From Myxococcota bacterium (GTDB taxonomy: Bacteria; Myxococcota_A; UBA9160; SZUA-336): a stretch of 64,000 bases of DNA. Both the position numbers and the translations under genes were made by a program. This document shows, piece after piece, positions 59,235 to 64,000 of this stretch (positions are counted from its first letter, which is position 1; each line of letters opens with the position of its first letter). The stretch is from contig CBDFGR010000003.1 in NCBI GenBank assembly GCA_965247115.1, forward strand, positions 2,560,001 to 2,624,000, given 5' to 3'. The notes under the pieces are model-generated. The model worked only from the letters and a program-made list of their open reading frames with translations. It had not been told where the DNA came from and ran no database searches.

Positions 59235-59844
59235 AGACCAGGAAGCTTTGTCGGGAGAGGAAGTCGTATTGCTGCTCGAGCTCATACCCGGCCTCTCGCA
59301 TCTCACTCTGGATCTTCTCCGCGGAAGTGGAGTGGGGGAAGATCTTCTGTATCCAGCCTTCCGGACGAAACTCGATGATCGCCACACGTCCGTCCGGGCT
59401 GAGGTACTTCTGCACGTTCGCGAAGTACTCGGCCCGGTCCTGGATGTGATGGTAGGTGTTGCAGGTGAAGAGGAGATCCACGCGACCCTCGGGAAGCAAC
59501 GGATCGTGATACTCGGCCAGGATCACTTCGACGTTTTCGGGTGACTCCGACTTCGCACGCTCCTCCAAGTATTCCGTCATCTTTTGGTCCACATCGACCG
59601 CGTAAACCTTGCCGTCGGGCCCAGCTGCCTCGGCGAGTCGGAAGGTGAAGTAACCTCCGCCAGCCCCCAGGTCGGCGATCTGGTCTCCGGCCCGCACTCC
59701 GAGCGAGTCGACCACCTCGTCGGGCTCTTGCCAGCTGCTCCGTCCGAAGCCGCTGTACGCGAAGCTCTTCCACCGCGCGCAGCCGATGCAGACGAAGACG
59801 ATCATCATTGCGCCCACCGCGAACCGAAGCGTGTTCGTGCCCAT
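59215..59844 (-). CDS. Class I SAM-dependent methyltransferase (signal/lipoprotein-like N-terminus)
   Basis: IADLGAGGGYF, VYAVDVD, TYHHI. Confidence 0.9.
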   Translation of the reverse strand: MGTNTLRFAVGAMMIVFVCIGCARWKSFAYSGFGRSSWQEPDEVVDSLGVRAGDQIADLGAGGGYFTFRLAEAAGPDGKVYAVDVDQKMTEYLEERAKSESPENVEVILAEYHDPLLPEGRVDLLFTCNTYHHIQDRAEYFANVQKYLSPDGRVAIIEFRPEGWIQKIFPHSTSAEKIQSEMREAGYELEQQYDFLSRQSFLVFARRAD

Positions 59845-60056
59845 CGGTCTTCTCCTCCCACTCTCCGGGCGTCGCCCGGAGTTTCTCATACCTGTGGCGA
59901 AGCAACGGCCGTGCCAGCCAGTGAAGGCAGCAAGAGGACCCTCGAGGTACGAGGTGCATGAACGGCACGACACCCGGCGAGAGGATATGACACCCCATCG
60001 AGTCGGTCGGGCGGAGGAGGACACAACTCCCCGTGTTTGTTAGACACTTTTCGCGC

Positions 60057-60133
60057 GCACCCGTAGCTCAATTGGATAGAGCACCTGACTTCGGATCAGG
60101 GGGTTGGGGGTTCGAGTCCCTCCGGGTGTGCCA
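60057..60133 (+). tRNA. tRNA-Arg(TCG)
   Basis: GCACCCG/CGGGTGT acceptor stem; anticodon arm CCTGA-CTTCGGA-TCAGG; GGTTCGAGTCC; CCA. Confidence 0.96.
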
Positions 60134-60189
60134 GAGGCTGGTACTCTGGCTCCGCTAGGAGCCAAACGCGGGGAACGCAGCGAGGAGTC

Positions 60190-61392
60190 ATGGAGACGCA
60201 AGCTGTTGCCGTGATCGGGGGGTGTGGACACGTTGGTCTGCCGCTGGCGGTGGTGAGCGCTTCGCTCGGGCGACAGACGTACATCTACGACATCGACGAG
60301 GAGGCGATCGAGGCGGTTCGCGGGGGGCGTCCGCGCTTCCTCGAGCACGGGCTTGACGATCTGCTGGCGGACGTGCTCGAAGCCGGGTCTCTGACGCTCT
60401 CAGCAGATCCGAGGGTGCTGCGGGATGCACGCTTCGTGGTCCTGATCGTCGGCACGCCGGTCGATCGCTACCTGAACCCCGAGGTCGACTCGCTCTTCGC
60501 GGCTCTCGAGCCCTGCGTGCCGCATCTGCAGGACGGCCAGACGCTCATCCTTCGCAGTACTGTGTATCCCGGTACGAGTCGCAGGATCCAGGACTGGCTG
60601 GATCAACGCGGTCTGCGGATCGACGTCACGTTCTGCCCGGAGCGCATTGCACAGGGCTTCGCGATCCGGGAGTTGCGCGAGCTGCCTCAGATCATCTCGG
60701 CGTTCACTCCCGCCGGTCTCGAGGCCGCGCGTGAGTTCTTTGAGCCGATCGCGCCGTCTCTGGTCACGCTGGAGCCGATCGAGGCGGAGCTGGCGAAGCT
60801 CTTCACGAATTCGTATCGCTACATCGAGTTCGCGACGGTGAATCAGTTCTACATGATGGCCGAGACGCACGGCGCCGACTATCACCGCATCGAGGAGGCG
60901 ATCAAGCGCGACTATCCGCGGCTGGCACATCTGCCGGGACCGGGCTTTGCGGCGGGGCCGTGCCTGCTCAAGGACACGATGCAGCTCGCGGCCTTCTACA
61001 ACAACAACTTCTCGCTCGGCCACGCCGCACTCTGGATCAACGAAGGACTGCCAGACTTTCTCGTCGAGCAGCTCAAGCGCGAGCATTTGCTTCGTGAGAA
61101 GACGGTCGCGATCCTCGGTATGGCGTTCAAGGCAGAGAGCGACGACCGACGGGACTCGCTCTCCTACAAGCTGAGGAAGCTGCTGCGCCTCGAGGCGAAA
61201 GCAACGCTCTGCCACGATCCGTACGTTCGCGATCCGGAGCTGGTCCCGCTCGAGAAGGCCATCGCGGAGTGCGACATCGTGATCGTTGCCACCCCGCATG
61301 CCGAGTATCGCAGCCTCCAGGTTCCTGCCGACAAGGTGGTCGTGGACATCTGGAATTGCCTCCCGGACCCGGCGTCCGGGGAGAGCGCGTGA
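60190..61392 (+). CDS. UDP-glucose/GDP-mannose/UDP-ManNAc dehydrogenase family
   Basis: GGCGHVGLP, RSTVYPG, CPERI, GPCLLKD, GMAFK. Confidence 0.93.
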   Translation: METQAVAVIGGCGHVGLPLAVVSASLGRQTYIYDIDEEAIEAVRGGRPRFLEHGLDDLLADVLEAGSLTLSADPRVLRDARFVVLIVGTPVDRYLNPEVDSLFAALEPCVPHLQDGQTLILRSTVYPGTSRRIQDWLDQRGLRIDVTFCPERIAQGFAIRELRELPQIISAFTPAGLEAAREFFEPIAPSLVTLEPIEAELAKLFTNSYRYIEFATVNQFYMMAETHGADYHRIEEAIKRDYPRLAHLPGPGFAAGPCLLKDTMQLAAFYNNNFSLGHAALWINEGLPDFLVEQLKREHLLREKTVAILGMAFKAESDDRRDSLSYKLRKLLRLEAKATLCHDPYVRDPELVPLEKAIAECDIVIVATPHAEYRSLQVPADKVVVDIWNCLPDPASGESA

Positions 61393-62411
61393 AGATCCTA
61401 CTCACGGGCTCCGCCGGCTTCATCGCCGGCTACCTGGTGCCAGAACTCCTGGACGCGGGCCACGCGGTCGTCGGCGTCGACAACTTCAGCAAGTACGGCC
61501 ACCTCGAAAAGAGCTACGACGCGCACCCGCAGTACTCGTTCCGGGAAGGGGATGCCCGGGATGTCGGGCTACTCGCGGAGCTCGCGGACGGCTGCGACAT
61601 GATCGTCGCCGCCGCGGCCCGCATTGGAGGCATCTCGTATTTTCACGAGTTTGCGTACGATCTGCTCGCGGACAACGAGCGGATCATGACGGCGACCTTT
61701 GATGCTGCGCTCCATCATCACGGCCGTGGCGCGCTCGAGCGTATCGTGGTCGTCTCGTCGTCGATGGTGTTCGAGAACGCGACCACCTTTCCGACGCCCG
61801 AAGGACAGCAGCGAGAGTGTCCGCCGCCCTCGTCTACCTACGGCTTCCAGAAGCTCGCCTGTGAGTACTTCGCGCAGGGAGCCTGGGAGCAGTACCAGCT
61901 GCCTTACACGATACTGCGTCCGTTCAACTGTGTAGGCGTCGGCGAGCAGCGGGCCCTCGCCGATGTGGACATCCCATCGGGCAACATCAAGCTGGCGATG
62001 AGTCACGTGGTGCCCGACCTGTGCCAGAAGATCCTGAAGGGCCAGGATCCCCTGCATATCCTCGGAACAGGCGAACAGGTGCGGCACTACACGTACGGCG
62101 GCGATCTTGGACACGGGATTCGGCTGGCCATCGAGTCGGAGCGCGCCGTCAACCAGGACTTCAACCTCTCGACTTCGCGCTCGACCTCGGTTCTGGAGCT
62201 GGCCGAGCTCATCTGGCACAAGATCCACGGCCCGGAGCGTTCGCTGCGGTTGATCCACGACGAGCCCTTCGCCTACGACGTGCAGCGGCGCGTGCCGGAT
62301 ACGAAGAAGGCCAGCGAGATCCTCGGCTTCGAGGCAACCACGGCCCTGGATCAGATGCTGGACGAGGTCATCCCCTGGATCCGGACGGCGATCGACCAGA
62401 AGCAGATCTGA
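61389..62411 (+). CDS. NAD-dependent epimerase/dehydratase
   Basis: TGSAGFIA, SSS, YGFQK, RPFNCVG; GTGA overlap. Confidence 0.93.
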   Translation: MKILLTGSAGFIAGYLVPELLDAGHAVVGVDNFSKYGHLEKSYDAHPQYSFREGDARDVGLLAELADGCDMIVAAAARIGGISYFHEFAYDLLADNERIMTATFDAALHHHGRGALERIVVVSSSMVFENATTFPTPEGQQRECPPPSSTYGFQKLACEYFAQGAWEQYQLPYTILRPFNCVGVGEQRALADVDIPSGNIKLAMSHVVPDLCQKILKGQDPLHILGTGEQVRHYTYGGDLGHGIRLAIESERAVNQDFNLSTSRSTSVLELAELIWHKIHGPERSLRLIHDEPFAYDVQRRVPDTKKASEILGFEATTALDQMLDEVIPWIRTAIDQKQI

Positions 62412-62412
62412 G

Positions 62413-63486
62413 ATGGCAAAGCCGATCCACGTGATCGAGCCGACCCTGGAGGACGAGGCCGGACATGGGCGGAGCTTCATGGCCGCAGTCATGGCGGCGG
62501 GGCCGGAGCAGCGCTTCGAGATCTGGGCGGGGAGGCGGGCTGGGGCGCTGTTCGAGGATCTGCCGCAGGCGAGTCTGCACGCGTATTTCGAACGGCGCGT
62601 GCGCAGGCTCCAGGCGCTGTTCCTGTATCGCCGCTTGCTGCGGGGGTCGGGTCGCATCTTCTTGCCGACAGCAGGGGCGACCGATCTGACTCTGATCGGC
62701 CTGGCCTCCAGGGGTGCCGTGCCGCCGCGCAAGGCGATCTTCTTCTTCCACTGGATCCGCCCGACCGTGGCCAGGCGACGGCGTCTCGCCCGCGTGGCAG
62801 AGCGGCAGCCCAACCTGAGGGTCCTGGGCGCCACGCCCGAGATCGTCTCCACTCTGCAGGACGCCGGCTTCTCCGATGCCCGCCTCGTGCCCTATCCCGT
62901 CACCACGCGGGCAAGACCTCCTGAGGATCCCGGATTTCGGCACCTCTTCTTTGCGGGCGCCGCGCGTCGGGACAAGGGCTTTGGGCGCGTGGTGGACCTG
63001 GTCGCGCTCCTCCAGGAACGGGAAGAGACGCTCCCTATCGTGGTCCAGACCTCGGCACGTCACTACGGCAAGCGCGACCCTGCCGTTGCGGCAGATACGG
63101 AGCGCTTGCTCGGGCTCAGCTACACCGGGCTCAGGGCCGAGCCGGAGACGCTCGCGAGCGACGCATATCTGCGTCTGTTCCACGGCGCCATCTGCCTGCA
63201 GCCCTACGAGCGTGCCGAGTTCGAAGGGAGGGTCAGCGCCGTCACCGTCGACGCGCTCGCGTCTGGCTGTCCGATCATCACGACCGCGGGTACCTGGATG
63301 GCCCACACCGTCGAGCGATTCGATGCAGGCATTGCACTCACGGATCTCTCGGCCGCCGAGCTACACCAGACCGTCCGCACGGTCATCGCTCAGTACGACC
63401 GCTACTCCGCGAACGCGCGTGAAGCCGCAAAGAGCGTCCAGGAAGAGCACAGCGGGGCCCACTTGCTCCGCGCCGTCCTGAGCTGA
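62413..63486 (+). CDS. GT-B (GT4-like) glycosyltransferase
   Basis: GH near the N-terminus; GAARRDKG; DALASGCPII. Confidence 0.82.
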   Translation: MAKPIHVIEPTLEDEAGHGRSFMAAVMAAGPEQRFEIWAGRRAGALFEDLPQASLHAYFERRVRRLQALFLYRRLLRGSGRIFLPTAGATDLTLIGLASRGAVPPRKAIFFFHWIRPTVARRRRLARVAERQPNLRVLGATPEIVSTLQDAGFSDARLVPYPVTTRARPPEDPGFRHLFFAGAARRDKGFGRVVDLVALLQEREETLPIVVQTSARHYGKRDPAVAADTERLLGLSYTGLRAEPETLASDAYLRLFHGAICLQPYERAEFEGRVSAVTVDALASGCPIITTAGTWMAHTVERFDAGIALTDLSAAELHQTVRTVIAQYDRYSANAREAAKSVQEEHSGAHLLRAVLS

Positions 63487-63496
63487 GACCGGGTGC

Positions 63497-63778
63497 CTAG
63501 CGGATCTCCGGTGTAGAGCCCGCGGCTCTCCTGATGCCGATGCCGTCGGGGGACTCGGGGCAGCGAAGCCGGCTCTGTGTCCGCGTCTGCCAGAGCGAGC
63601 GGACGGGCCGAGGACGAAGCCTGTCCGGACCCCGCAGCGCGACGCCGCCCGACCACACGATTCGGTGGCGCTCGCAGAGCGAGGCGGTAGGCGTCGAGTC
63701 TCTCGACTCCTCGGGCTGTCCCAGAGAGGGGCTCGCAAGGAGAACCGCGGCGACCGCGACGGATGCACACCTGGTCAA
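63497..63778 (-). CDS. Small secreted hypothetical protein
   Basis: Signal-peptide-like N-terminus; AGGAG SD. Confidence 0.4.
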   Translation of the reverse strand: MTRCASVAVAAVLLASPSLGQPEESRDSTPTASLCERHRIVWSGGVALRGPDRLRPRPVRSLWQTRTQSRLRCPESPDGIGIRRAAGSTPEIR

Positions 63779-63910
63779 ACGGCTCTCCTGAAAGGGGGCG
63801 AACCGGCCCGTAGCGATTCTACCAGAGCCGGCGACCCGATCGGGCGGCAGGGAGCCTTCCCAACTTCGTCGACTCCGCGTATGATCCGAGATTCACACAG
63901 GAGAGGCAGC

Positions 63911-64000
63911 ATGAGGTCCACACTTGCACTTCTTACTGCGGTCGCGCTATTCGCCGTCCCGCTACTAGCCCGCGCCGAGACGGTCGTCGAGGTGGGGCAC
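63911..64000 (+). CDS. Secreted protein, 5' part only
   Basis: GGAGAGG SD; MRSTLALLTAVALFAVPLLARA signal peptide. Confidence 0.6.
   Translation, partial: MRSTLALLTAVALFAVPLLARAETVVEVGH

Overview
GC-rich bacterial chromosome segment; the host is not identifiable from sequence alone. Layout: host metabolic genes (1-4.1 kb); a phage remnant starting at a displaced 3' half of tRNA-Lys(CTT) (4454-~8750), with two DNA methyltransferases and a chain of small genes; a non-phage block (8.8-18.2 kb: S8 protease, amidohydrolase, beta-barrel OMP, TonB receptor, flavoprotein, cupin); a ~35 kb lambda-like siphovirus prophage next to tRNA-His (~18.3-53.5 kb) that looks defective; then clpB, membrane enzymes, tRNA-Arg(TCG) and a polysaccharide locus. 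The strongest unexplained signal is in the remnant: seven gene junctions (5745-8506) carry the same imperfect palindrome, consensus RCCGACGG-N9-CCGTCRGT, 13-17 nt before the next start codon, which suggests a cassette-like array. One unit of that array is a C5-methyltransferase whose motif IX and repeated PTP segments lie in an overlapping reading frame (M.EcoHK31I-like). Other notable items: a phospholipase A2-like gene in the lysis cassette, a 2OG-Fe(II) oxygenase in the head-tail module, a lambda-like cosQ, two inverted repeat arrays upstream of terS, and several nonsense and 1-nt indel lesions. All family calls come from motifs read by eye, without database searches.
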